Positions 38,447 to 48,132 of a DNA stretch of 48,229 bases are shown here, piece by piece; the first letter of the stretch is position 1, and every line of letters starts with the position of its first letter. The position numbers and the translations under genes are program-made. Below the pieces are notes generated by a model. That model was given only the letters and a program-made list of their open reading frames with translations. It did no database searches and had not been told where the DNA came from. The stretch covers positions 1 through 48,229 of the forward strand of contig DXJL01000016.1 in assembly GCA_019057635.1 (NCBI GenBank). The letters run 5' to 3'. The DNA comes from Candidatus Heimdallarchaeota archaeon. GTDB taxonomy: Archaea; Asgardarchaeota; Heimdallarchaeia; Hodarchaeales; Hodarchaeaceae.

Positions 38447-41047
38447 TTGTCTTTTCAGCTGAAGCGATATAATCCAAAACAGAGAACGTCGAATTCAGTT
38501 GTAAACAGGATAAAACAATTAATCCAAGAAATTAAACATCTTGATCTTGAAATTTCTGTCTCCTATTTTTCGAACCAATGGTTTAAGGATTTATTAGTTC
38601 TTCATTTTATCACTCTGATGTTCTTTGGTTTAAAAAATATCAATAAAATGCTAAACTACGAATTTAAGAACTGGAAGGAGGTATTTTCTTATTTTGATGA
38701 TCCTTATACCATTATCCTTCAATTAAACAAATATTTTCCTCTTCTACCAGGTCAGGATCAGGTTCATGACTATTACAATAAACCTCTAGTCAACGAACAA
38801 CAGATTTTAAAGACGGTAGATTGGGGGGATTATGCTGAAACGATATTAAAGGACTCTTTTTTTCAAAAAAATCATAGCAATCTAAATGACTCGTCTTTAA
38901 CTGTAATAAATTTCGATCTTTTTGACAGAATTGCAAATTTGTTAAGAGAATACGGGGAAGAAGAAAAAAAAATTGATGGAATAGTCTACACTCCTTATTA
39001 CCTTGCTGAACAAATAACCCAAAGGACAATTGGTCAGTGGTGGAAAATAAATTCACAAATAGGAACTAGAAAAAAGCAAAATCAAAAAATTTATCTTCTT
39101 GATCCTACTGTTGGAACAGGCACCTTTTTAATTGCTGCAGGCAATATTTTGTATGATATTTTCAGGAAAAAAGATCCTTATTCCTCCTCTCTTAATCTAC
39201 GAAAGAGAATAATTGAGCATAATCTTCATGGGTTTGATAAAGATCCTATCGGTATTTTCATCACTAAAATTAAGTTACGATTATGGATATTAGAAGATTG
39301 GATGTCAGAAGTCGAGCCGTATGGGGATCTAGCTGACAATATTTATCTAGGAGATTCCTTATTCGGTTATAATGACCGGGAAAATCACTTACTGTCGAGT
39401 TCTAAATCCAAAGCGAAGCCAAGAAAAGAACACTCTTCTGCTATCGATAGGAAAATAGGAGTCTACAAGCTTCCATCAAAATCATCCTTTTATGAAAAAA
39501 CTCTAATCATTAATGACTATTACAGAAAGTTTTGTAAAGATATAAATGCTTATTATTTCATTATAGAAGGAACAAAACGTGAGTGGAATGAATGTAAGAA
39601 CTATTTAGAGGAGGATATTAGGAAAAAAGTACATTTTTCAGAATCCGATTACTTTAATCCATCAAATGATACTTATATAATCTTTCCCGACGAAATTCAG
39701 CAAAAGAATGAAAATCTGACTGGTGACCTCACGCCTTGGTGTTTTCCTGGAAGTGATCATATAAAGGAACCCGAAATTCCCCCAGAATTCCACATTATTA
39801 TCGGAAATCCTCCTTTTATAGCATTAACTGATTTATCAATGGTTACCCGATTAAAGATTAAGGAAATACATCCTGAAATTTATAACGGAAACAGTGATCT
39901 ATCCTACTTCTTTACCAAAGGAATGATGCAAAATTTGAGTCCCTATGGAGTGTTAGGATTTCTTCTATCTAAATCTATTCTTTCCAGTGTTTATGCTAAG
40001 CAGATTAGGGAATTTATCATACGTAAAGCAACTCTTCTTGAAATCCATGACTTTAACGAATTGCTTATCTTCCCTCAAATTAATATTAAAACTTGCTTCA
40101 TGCTGCTAATAAATAAAAAATGGACGTCTAATGAAGAACTTCATGCTTATAAGTATTCTAAAACAAAATTTGAGGATATAGAAGCAACAAAAATATCCCA
40201 AATTAGACTAAAATCTGAGAAATGGACATTGTATTCTCTTGACACTAAGAAGACCATTGAAAAAATAATTAGAATATCAAATTGTAGGTTAAATGAAATA
40301 TCATCACTCAGCAAAGGTATAGAAACTGGTTGTGATAAAGTTTTTGCTCCCAAAGTTCCTTATTTTTTTTCTATGCATTTACATCTCAAATCCTCTCACT
40401 ATAAACCATGGTTAAAAGGAGGGGAGATAAAACCATTTTTTATAAAGCGAGAAGGAATGGAAGTCTTATATGCTCCAAAATTTCGTCAAGAGCAAATTAG
40501 AAATTCAAAGAATGCATATCAGTATTTGAAAGATAATAAGGATGACCTTCTAAACAGAAGTAGAGTTACTAAATATTACCTCTGGAGAGAGGGAGATGAA
40601 CGGAACACTATGGATTGGCAAGGAGTTAAGATTGTTACCCCCTACAAAGCAAGGAGGAATACTTTTGCGATTGATGACCAAGGTTGTCTTTCCTCAAAGG
40701 ATGTTGTTTGGATTATCCCTAACGAAGATTACAATGATGCAAACACTTTACTATTCCTAGTAGCCTTATTGAATTCAAAAACACTTACGTTTTATGCTCG
40801 GTGTATGTTTAAAGACTTGGGAGGAATGTATGATTATTATCCACTTCAAATTCGAAATCTACCTCTGGTATTACCACCCCGTGATTCTCAGAAGTATATT
40901 GACATAGTAACTGTTACAAGACAAATTCAAAACTCACCGAGTGAAAAAAAACATATTTTAGTTGAAGAAATTGATAGAGTAATCTATCAGTTATACAATC
41001 TGACAAAAAAGGAAATCTCAGAAATTGAATCCTTCCTAAATCAATAA
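38447..41047 (+). CDS. DNA amino (probably N6-adenine) methyltransferase, gamma-class TaqI/Eco57I-like, with C-terminal target-recognition region
   Basis: 'GIVYTP', motif I 'LDPTVGTGTF', 'GFDKD', 'GDSL', motif IV 'IGNPPF', 'LVALLNS'. Confidence 0.87.
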   Translation: MSFQLKRYNPKQRTSNSVVNRIKQLIQEIKHLDLEISVSYFSNQWFKDLLVLHFITLMFFGLKNINKMLNYEFKNWKEVFSYFDDPYTIILQLNKYFPLLPGQDQVHDYYNKPLVNEQQILKTVDWGDYAETILKDSFFQKNHSNLNDSSLTVINFDLFDRIANLLREYGEEEKKIDGIVYTPYYLAEQITQRTIGQWWKINSQIGTRKKQNQKIYLLDPTVGTGTFLIAAGNILYDIFRKKDPYSSSLNLRKRIIEHNLHGFDKDPIGIFITKIKLRLWILEDWMSEVEPYGDLADNIYLGDSLFGYNDRENHLLSSSKSKAKPRKEHSSAIDRKIGVYKLPSKSSFYEKTLIINDYYRKFCKDINAYYFIIEGTKREWNECKNYLEEDIRKKVHFSESDYFNPSNDTYIIFPDEIQQKNENLTGDLTPWCFPGSDHIKEPEIPPEFHIIIGNPPFIALTDLSMVTRLKIKEIHPEIYNGNSDLSYFFTKGMMQNLSPYGVLGFLLSKSILSSVYAKQIREFIIRKATLLEIHDFNELLIFPQINIKTCFMLLINKKWTSNEELHAYKYSKTKFEDIEATKISQIRLKSEKWTLYSLDTKKTIEKIIRISNCRLNEISSLSKGIETGCDKVFAPKVPYFFSMHLHLKSSHYKPWLKGGEIKPFFIKREGMEVLYAPKFRQEQIRNSKNAYQYLKDNKDDLLNRSRVTKYYLWREGDERNTMDWQGVKIVTPYKARRNTFAIDDQGCLSSKDVVWIIPNEDYNDANTLLFLVALLNSKTLTFYARCMFKDLGGMYDYYPLQIRNLPLVLPPRDSQKYIDIVTVTRQIQNSPSEKKHILVEEIDRVIYQLYNLTKKEISEIESFLNQ

Positions 41048-41060
41048 TGAGTTTGAATTT

Positions 41061-43559
41061 TCATGAAATGTAGGAAAAGTCTGTCTTAGCTTTATCAATA
41101 CGAGCTTGGATAATTTCCTGCAATGATTTATGCATTTTTTCTATTTTTTCGTCCGAAAGTGAGTAGATTTCCCTGAGAAATTGGTCTAATTCTTGTTTAG
41201 ATGATGGTTGTTCATTTTTTATATACGAAGATGGTTTGGACAGCAATATTTTTTGGAAAAGCGAGGCCAAGAACGATTTCTTGTCAAGATACTTGAATTG
41301 TGGAATTTTAATATCTTGATATTCATATACTTTTACATCCAGTCCTCCTTCTCCAAGATTTTCGCGTCCTGATAGTTCTATCTGAATTGAGACAAAAACA
41401 GTATTCAGAAATAGAAACAGAAACGTAGTCAGATCTTCTTCATTTATTATTATATCGCTCAGAGGAGTAATGCCATATAACCGAGCATCAAAATAATAAT
41501 TATGAGGATTATAGAAAAATGGATAGCGGTCATTTATTGTCATTATGCAAAGTATTGGACAAAAATGATAATACTCGTCAGGTAGCGAGTACCAAAATTT
41601 ACGATTCGCACAAGTTGTCCTTAAGGCATAGGGGTTTCCTTTTATGGGCCTCCATGTTTCTCCCCATTTAATATATTCTCTAATTCCTGGTTTAAGCTCA
41701 AGAGAACTTTTCTTAGGTATTATAATGACAACATAAATTAAATTTTCGCTTGTAACTTTGAATCCTTCAAGTTCCTTAGGTGATTTTATTAGGTAGTTTG
41801 GGATCCATTTTTCATTATCAGGAGTAGTATATAGGATTGATTCTTTCTGGAATTCATGATTATTCATGTCAGAATGCATCCAATACTCTCTCTCTATGGT
41901 AAATGAATCCTCCTCTAAAAGAAAACCTTGTTCTTGTAATCTATGCAAAATTTTATAGTTTTGCGGTTTTAAAATTAAACTTCCATCTTTTAAATCTATA
42001 CTGGAAACGAAAAACCTATTCATTCTTCCAGGTTTTCCAACATAAAAGAAGTCATTTGCGCCACTAGTAAAACCTCTGCGAACTGAGGCATAATCTCTTA
42101 AAAACTTCATGTTATCTTTTGTATTATCAAGATAATCAAGGAAATACCTTGGGGCTTTTACGAATAGTCCCCATTTTGGTTCTAGAAGTAATTTACTCTC
42201 CATAACAGATGCAAACACACTATCCTTAATCATTGGAAGTGCCTCTTTGATCCCGTAATTAGCAAGGAGCTTGAGATCAGCTTTGGAATTTATTCTGATG
42301 AACTTAACTTCATGAGAGGATGAGCTCAATTCAAGACTTTGCATGTGACTCTTTACTTCAAGTGTCAAAATAACTGTATTAACCTCTACTGAGGGGATTA
42401 ATTTTTCTAAACGAGTCGATACAATTAATTCAATATTGTAATGATCTAATAAGAAAAGTTGAAGCATTAAACCATATCTGACATCCATCCATGAATTAGG
42501 AATAATCAATCCTAAACGATCTTGGGGATTTAAAAACTCAGAAATATAAAGGATGAAATAAATATACAAACTAGATTGACCAGAAACTCGAAAAGATGTG
42601 TATTTCTGTTTAAAATCCGAAATAATGCTTGTAGAAGAAACTCTATTTCTTATAAAATCTTTTTCCCTAATTGGAATTAACTCTTGCCGAGTATATGGCG
42701 GATTCATTAAAATAGCAATAACTCCATGCTTTTCAGACCGTAACTCACTTAAAATAGAGGCACTTTGAAAAAAATCTTGAGTATATACTTGACATTCGAT
42801 TGATAGTGACTGTAATTTGCAAAATACTTTTAATGCGCTCTCACAGATGAGACTGAGTATCGGGTCTTTCTCAATTGCAATTACTTTTATTACTCCAGAA
42901 AGGTCAATCTTGGGTAAGTTTTCTAAAGCACGAAGTAAAAAAACACCAGTACCAGCCGCAGGATCAAGAATTATCTCAGTTTCAGGAACAATCACCTGAT
43001 CAAAAATAAAATCTACAACAGAAATCGGAGTAAAAACTTGGCCTTGGTTTTGTATTTTATTTTGCCCGATACTCCTATCATAATAATAAGGGAACTTCAT
43101 TTGGGAATAGTTTATTGAATTGCTAGTATTTTCTAAAAGGAGTTTCAGACATTCATTTGAAATATAAGGATTAGATACGAACAGTTCAATAAGAGATTGT
43201 AGAGGAAATATTGGTGAGTAAAGCAAAGGGATATCTAAGTTTTTTTCAGTAATTCTATCAAATATCATGTGAATTGAATTGGAGTACGAATGTTCACCCA
43301 GCAATTCGACCCTCTTAAGAGTCTTTAATCCTAAACAGAGGCAATCATATATCAAAACCGCTATAACAGTTGAAATTGAATTAATTTTGTGATCTGTTGC
43401 ATTTACATTTTCTGAAAGAAATATACTCTTGAAAAAAGCTTCTGATTCTGAATTGGTACCACTAGACTCTTTCAATTTCTGAATAATGCTATAAATATAT
43501 GGTGTGATGTGTTTGATAAACTCAGGAAAGGGATCTCTCTCTTTGATCTGTTTTTTCAA
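41061..43559 (-). CDS. Second DNA amino-methyltransferase, gamma-class Eco57I-like, convergent on the first
   Basis: 'GQVFTP', motif I 'LDPAAGTGVF', motif IV 'MNPPY', 'IIPNSWMDVRYG', 'RRGFTSGANDFFY'. Confidence 0.87.
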   Translation of the reverse strand: MKKQIKERDPFPEFIKHITPYIYSIIQKLKESSGTNSESEAFFKSIFLSENVNATDHKINSISTVIAVLIYDCLCLGLKTLKRVELLGEHSYSNSIHMIFDRITEKNLDIPLLYSPIFPLQSLIELFVSNPYISNECLKLLLENTSNSINYSQMKFPYYYDRSIGQNKIQNQGQVFTPISVVDFIFDQVIVPETEIILDPAAGTGVFLLRALENLPKIDLSGVIKVIAIEKDPILSLICESALKVFCKLQSLSIECQVYTQDFFQSASILSELRSEKHGVIAILMNPPYTRQELIPIREKDFIRNRVSSTSIISDFKQKYTSFRVSGQSSLYIYFILYISEFLNPQDRLGLIIPNSWMDVRYGLMLQLFLLDHYNIELIVSTRLEKLIPSVEVNTVILTLEVKSHMQSLELSSSSHEVKFIRINSKADLKLLANYGIKEALPMIKDSVFASVMESKLLLEPKWGLFVKAPRYFLDYLDNTKDNMKFLRDYASVRRGFTSGANDFFYVGKPGRMNRFFVSSIDLKDGSLILKPQNYKILHRLQEQGFLLEEDSFTIEREYWMHSDMNNHEFQKESILYTTPDNEKWIPNYLIKSPKELEGFKVTSENLIYVVIIIPKKSSLELKPGIREYIKWGETWRPIKGNPYALRTTCANRKFWYSLPDEYYHFCPILCIMTINDRYPFFYNPHNYYFDARLYGITPLSDIIINEEDLTTFLFLFLNTVFVSIQIELSGRENLGEGGLDVKVYEYQDIKIPQFKYLDKKSFLASLFQKILLSKPSSYIKNEQPSSKQELDQFLREIYSLSDEKIEKMHKSLQEIIQARIDKAKTDFSYIS

Positions 43560-43577
43560 AGTATCACCATTTGTTAT

Positions 43578-44285
43578 TCATTCAAAAAAGGAATCCAATG
43601 GAGTTATTTTGGGAACTACCTGTTTATAATATTCGCAGAGAACGCTCATAGAACATATATAGCATCTGGGATTTGAAGAAACACAAAGAATAGCTCCTAA
43701 ATCCATAATTGCTTGATTTTTTGTCCAGACATTACCATTTATAATGAATTCTTCTGCAAATGCCCACATGTTTCTATCAAATTTAGCATTTCTTTCGTCT
43801 CTCCACGTACCAAAGATTCGACTAATCACTCTCTCGACATTTACATCAACAATGGCTGCATTCTTATCATTTTTTTCAAACGCAAAACTGAGAATAGCTC
43901 CTGCAGTATATCGGCCAATGCCTTTTAATTCTAATAACTCATCAAGAGAGGAGGGAAATATACCCTTTCTCCTATCTCTAATTTCTTTTGCAATCTCAAA
44001 GAGAAATTTACTTCTCCGAGTATACCCGAGTTTGTCTGTTATTAATCGTACTTGCTTCGGGGAAGCACCTGCTAAAACCTCTATTGTCGGAAATCTTCTT
44101 AGAAATTCCTCATAGATTGGAATTACAAGGTCCACGTTGGTTTGCTGCAGCATAATTTCGCTCACAAGAATATGATAAGGATCTCGTGTTTTTCTCCATG
44201 GTAAATCACGCTTGTTCTTTTCAAACCATTTAAGGAGAAGTTCAGTAAAATTATGTAACGTATTAAGCTGCGATTCATTAATCAA
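43578..44285 (-). CDS. mutY: Short MutY-like HhH-GPD adenine DNA glycosylase with a [4Fe-4S] motif and no C-terminal Nudix-like domain
   Basis: 'RDLPWR', 'SEIMLQQT', HhH 'LKGIGRYTAGA', 'VDVNVERV', C-x6-C-x2-C-x5-C. Confidence 0.85.
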   Translation of the reverse strand: MINESQLNTLHNFTELLLKWFEKNKRDLPWRKTRDPYHILVSEIMLQQTNVDLVIPIYEEFLRRFPTIEVLAGASPKQVRLITDKLGYTRRSKFLFEIAKEIRDRRKGIFPSSLDELLELKGIGRYTAGAILSFAFEKNDKNAAIVDVNVERVISRIFGTWRDERNAKFDRNMWAFAEEFIINGNVWTKNQAIMDLGAILCVSSNPRCYICSMSVLCEYYKQVVPKITPLDSFFE

Positions 44286-44537
44286 GTAATTACACTCTAT
44301 TCAATCACTTAAAAGCTAAGAGAGAGATTCTTAAGGGTTTAGCAATAATAAACTCTTTATCTTATTTTTCTTTAGATATCTTACCAAAATAGCAAGAACT
44401 ATGAGGATTCTATTTTCTTTTTCTTGACATATTGAGGCGGAACTTTTTTCTAATAATACTTGATGGAGAAATTGTATGCCTTTAGAAGAATGCTTAAAAA
44501 TCTAAGGGTCAGTTTAATGACTTACTAAAAGGGATGC

Positions 44538-45353
44538 TTGAAAAGAATGAGTGAAAAAGATGAGTCCACAACTAAGAAGCTTGGGAGATTTTTTGGAAAG
44601 AAAGCTGTCGAGGCAGGCAATGTAATTAACCGTGAGATGAAACGTGCTGGTAAAATCGCCAGAGACGAAATATCTGACATTGATTTTGGAAATGTGGTAG
44701 TCAAACCTTCTCAAAGACCCAAAAATGAATCGTATGTTCGATTCACCCGTAGAGAACGTCCTACTAAAACTTATACTCAGGCACATCGAGCAGTCCGATT
44801 CTTCTCTCAAAACCCCGATAAGAAAGAAATGAATCCTGGAATCGATGGCTTAGTCAGCTTTTCTATTTTAATGACCCCTATCGCACTTCTAATCGGAATC
44901 TTAATATTATTTACTAACTTAAACGAATTTATAGCTTTATTTTTCCTCTTTCTGTATACTCTGTTTATTGCTATACCAGGTGCTTATTTAGGGTTAGATT
45001 CTATTTTTGCAGGAGCACGATCAGTTATTTTGGGTGGGGCATCTGTTTTTCGTGGATTCTTAGAGTTTATCAAACTAATTATTCAAGGAATAATCGAACT
45101 AGGCATCTTACTTTTGAATAGCATGTTTGGATTTCTTAAAGGGGCCTTTGATACCTTGGCAGACTATGTTGTATTCATTATTGTCTACGCTATCTTTGCT
45201 GGTGGAATCTGGGCGATCCTTTTAACGTTAAAATTAGAACTAGGAACATTGGTTGTCCTTGGTCTCATGGTATTAATACCTGCTTTGCTACCTGCAAGTA
45301 TTGCCCATCGTTACTGGTTAATTTGGCGCTTAGGAAGAGAATCCGGATCTTGA
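44538..45353 (+). CDS. Membrane protein with a basic N-terminal region
   Basis: Charged N-terminal ~100 aa followed by 4-5 hydrophobic helices. Confidence 0.68.
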   Translation: MKRMSEKDESTTKKLGRFFGKKAVEAGNVINREMKRAGKIARDEISDIDFGNVVVKPSQRPKNESYVRFTRRERPTKTYTQAHRAVRFFSQNPDKKEMNPGIDGLVSFSILMTPIALLIGILILFTNLNEFIALFFLFLYTLFIAIPGAYLGLDSIFAGARSVILGGASVFRGFLEFIKLIIQGIIELGILLLNSMFGFLKGAFDTLADYVVFIIVYAIFAGGIWAILLTLKLELGTLVVLGLMVLIPALLPASIAHRYWLIWRLGRESGS

Positions 45354-45405
45354 ACCATGCGAAATAAAATTCTAAACCATTTTTTGATTCTGGGGATAAA
45401 CGCAA

Positions 45406-45867
45406 ATGGATAAATCGTTAGACGAGACTGATCATACAATATTACGCGCTCTATGTAAAGATGGAAGAACAATATATCGAGATATTGCAAAACAACTGGA
45501 GGTCTCTCCACAAACAATTTCTGACCGTTTAAAGAAGTTAGAGAACAGTAAGGTAATTCGAAAATTTACTATCGATATTGATCCAGATAAAATTGGTTTC
45601 GATATAGAATTCATTTGCGAGCTGGATATAGATGCGAGTCATATGGACCATATTCTCTCTATTCTTGATGAAATCTCGGAAATTCATATAATTAAGATCA
45701 CAACGGGAATTCACGATATCTTATGCATTGGGAATGCTCCTTCGATAAGTAATTTGCACGATATCGTTGAAAAGCAAATTTCTCTGATTGAAGGGGTAAA
45801 CAAAACCTATACATCAATCACCTTGCGAAAAGTAAAACAAAATCAAATCCTAAATTACGATACTTGA
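45406..45867 (+). CDS. Lrp/AsnC-family transcriptional regulator
   Basis: 'LDETDHTILRALCKDGRTIYRDIAKQLEVSPQTISDRLKKLE' HTH plus a RAM domain with 'TTGIHD'. Confidence 0.93.
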   Translation: MDKSLDETDHTILRALCKDGRTIYRDIAKQLEVSPQTISDRLKKLENSKVIRKFTIDIDPDKIGFDIEFICELDIDASHMDHILSILDEISEIHIIKITTGIHDILCIGNAPSISNLHDIVEKQISLIEGVNKTYTSITLRKVKQNQILNYDT

Positions 45868-45915
45868 TTGGACGAAATCAGATCAAAACACATAAAAAAA
45901 TGGACAGATCAATAG

Positions 45916-45946
45916 TGCTGCATCCGATAAATATTGCTGCATCCGA
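45916..45946. repeat. 12-bp direct repeat TGCTGCATCCGA x2 (45916-45927 and 45935-45946), candidate operator upstream of rocD
   Basis: Exact repeat read from the sequence between the Lrp gene and rocD. Confidence 0.55.
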
Positions 45947-46044
45947 AAGTTTTTTATGGCAATATGCTTTTGTCCAATTTAGAGATCAATAGATCCTCCT
46001 CTCTCCTCGAAAGAAGGGAAAATAATACCAATGATGTGATTGTT

Positions 46045-47244
46045 ATGCCTAATTCTAAAGAATACATTGAGTTTGATGCGCAATATGGTGCACATAATTA
46101 CCATCCCATACCTGTTGTAATTACCAAAGCCAAAGGAGTTTGGGTTTATGACCCTGAAGGAAAAAAATATTTAGATTGCCTTTCGGCTTATTCTGCTATC
46201 AATCAGGGTCACTTACACCCGAAAATAGTTGAGGCTCTTGAAGAACAGTTAAAACATGTCGCATTGACCTCTCGTGCATTTCACAACGACCGCATGGGTC
46301 TTTTTCTTAAACACTTGCTTGATATTTGTGGAGAGGGGTTCGATATGGCATTACCCATGAATACAGGGGCAGAAGCAGTTGAAACTGCACTTAAAATGAC
46401 AAGAAAATGGGGTTATGAAGTAAAAGGAGTTGAAAAAGATAAAGCTGAAATTATAGTTTGTGAAAATAATTTTCATGGACGAACCACAACCATTGTTGGC
46501 TTTTCTACTGACCCAGATGCATACACTGGTTTCGGACCATATACACCAGGATTTAAAGTAATACCTTACGATAATATTGAAGCTCTTGAAAAGGCTATAA
46601 CTCCAAATACTGTAGGGTTTATGGTTGAACCTATCCAAGGTGAAGCGGGGGTTTTGATTCCGAAAGGGGGATATCTAAAGAAAGTGCGTGAGATCTGCAC
46701 AGAAAATAATGTATTGATGATTCTAGACGAAATCCAAACGGGATTTTGTCGGACTGGAAAGATGTTTTGTCATCAACATGATGGAATTATCCCCGATGTC
46801 ATGATTTTGGGAAAAGCATTAGGAGGAGGTCTGCTTCCTGTCTCTGCAGTTGTCAGTCGCAAGGAAATTATGAAAGTTTTTACTCCTGGTACACATGGAT
46901 CGACTTTTGGTGGTTTTCCATTAGCGTGTGCAGTGGGTGACGCAGCCTTGGACGTTCTTGTTGATGAAAAACTTGATGAAAGGGCCACAACTATGGGTGA
47001 GTTATTTCTGCAAAAGTTAAAAGAAATTAAACACCCTAGAATCAAGGAGGTTCGGGGAAAAGGATTATTAACTGCTATCGAATTAACAGAGAAAGCTCGG
47101 CCTTTTACACAACAATTAATAGACAAAGGGATTTTAGCTAAGGAAACTCATGATTACACCATCAGATTTGCTCCACCACTTGTTATTAAAGAGGATGAAA
47201 TTCTGTGGGCTGTGAATATTATTAAAGAGATACTTGGATCCTGA
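46045..47244 (+). CDS. rocD: Ornithine--oxo-acid aminotransferase (class III PLP); likely start ATG at 46045
   Basis: 'GAHNYHPIPVV', 'DCLSAYSAINQGH', 'PMNTGAEAVETA', 'EPIQGEAG', 'DEIQTG', 'GKALGGG', 'HGSTFGG', 'AKETH'. Confidence 0.94.
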   Translation: MPNSKEYIEFDAQYGAHNYHPIPVVITKAKGVWVYDPEGKKYLDCLSAYSAINQGHLHPKIVEALEEQLKHVALTSRAFHNDRMGLFLKHLLDICGEGFDMALPMNTGAEAVETALKMTRKWGYEVKGVEKDKAEIIVCENNFHGRTTTIVGFSTDPDAYTGFGPYTPGFKVIPYDNIEALEKAITPNTVGFMVEPIQGEAGVLIPKGGYLKKVREICTENNVLMILDEIQTGFCRTGKMFCHQHDGIIPDVMILGKALGGGLLPVSAVVSRKEIMKVFTPGTHGSTFGGFPLACAVGDAALDVLVDEKLDERATTMGELFLQKLKEIKHPRIKEVRGKGLLTAIELTEKARPFTQQLIDKGILAKETHDYTIRFAPPLVIKEDEILWAVNIIKEILGS

Positions 47245-47336
47245 GTAAAAAAGATGGGGGGTTTTATTCATTTTTAAAAGAGTTTTAACGCAATCACATC
47301 TTTCTAACGTCGATTGCGATTAGGAATGGAAAAATA

Positions 47337-47756
47337 ATGCAGATAAAAGTTAAAAAAATTTCTAAAAAAGCCAAAGTTCCAACTAAACATAATATAAATG
47401 ACGCTGCTTTTGACCTATATGCAATTGATGATCTAACTCTCCCTGCTGGGAGTACTGACATTGTTCACACTGGTATATGTTTAGAGATCGAAGCTGGTTT
47501 CTTTGGGAAAATCGAAAGTAGGAGTTCCATAGCAAAGAAAGGAGTTTTTTGTACCGCAGGTATAATTGATTCTGGATATAGGGGGGAAATAATGATTGTT
47601 ATGAACAACAGAGGGGTGGAGGATCAGCTAATCCAACCTGGCCATAGAGTAGCTCAATTAACCATTCACAGAGTTGAAAAAGTACAAATCAGTGAATCTG
47701 AATGGCTTGATGATCAATCGGACAGAGGAGGGGGATTCGGAAGTAGTGGGGAATAG
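47337..47756 (+). CDS. dut: Trimeric dUTPase
   Basis: 'AAFDL', 'RSS', 'GIIDSGYRGEI', 'RVAQL', 'RGGGFGSSG'. Confidence 0.95.
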   Translation: MQIKVKKISKKAKVPTKHNINDAAFDLYAIDDLTLPAGSTDIVHTGICLEIEAGFFGKIESRSSIAKKGVFCTAGIIDSGYRGEIMIVMNNRGVEDQLIQPGHRVAQLTIHRVEKVQISESEWLDDQSDRGGGFGSSGE

Positions 47757-47785
47757 GTTCTCAATCGAAAATCTTTTTTATCACA

Positions 47786-48112
47786 CTAACTCGCGACAAT
47801 ACGAAATTTCTGTGGATTAATCCTCTCTGAATGACATTCAGGACATTTATGGGGGTCACTAACTCGTCCTCTACCTAAGAACACATAACCACAACCAATA
47901 CACGAAGCTGGATTTACTTCAATTCGCTTATTATCATATTTTATTGTTTTTCGGACTGAATCTATGTCCATAGCTATAGTTTTAACTGATGTTTTAGTAA
48001 GATCAGCTAATTCTTGAAGAGTCATTTTTTCATTTTTCGATAACAATTCTACAATTTGTTCTCGTCGTGTTTTCATTTTCAGCAACTCTACATGACTGAA
48101 TTTGTCGGACAA
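47786..48112 (-). CDS. Archaeal HTH plus Zn-ribbon transcriptional regulator
   Basis: 'TRREQIVELL' wHTH followed by 'PASCIGCGYVF...PHKCPECHSERI'. Confidence 0.85.
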   Translation of the reverse strand: MSDKFSHVELLKMKTRREQIVELLSKNEKMTLQELADLTKTSVKTIAMDIDSVRKTIKYDNKRIEVNPASCIGCGYVFLGRGRVSDPHKCPECHSERINPQKFRIVAS

Positions 48113-48132
48113 AAAAAAATAATTAAACTTTT

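Noticed and set aside
38447-43559. BREX (PglX) or DISARM defence island
   Set aside because: No pglZ, brxC, brxL or drmA/B-type genes in the window; the flanks are housekeeping genes.
43578-44285. T:G mismatch glycosylase (MIG) protecting m5C sites
   Set aside because: The motifs 'EIMLQQT' and 'LGY' are MutY-like, and the neighbouring MTases are NPPY/F amino-methyltransferases rather than m5C enzymes.
45934-46044. N-terminal extension of rocD
   Set aside because: It runs through the repeat-containing promoter region; OAT homology starts at ATG 46045.
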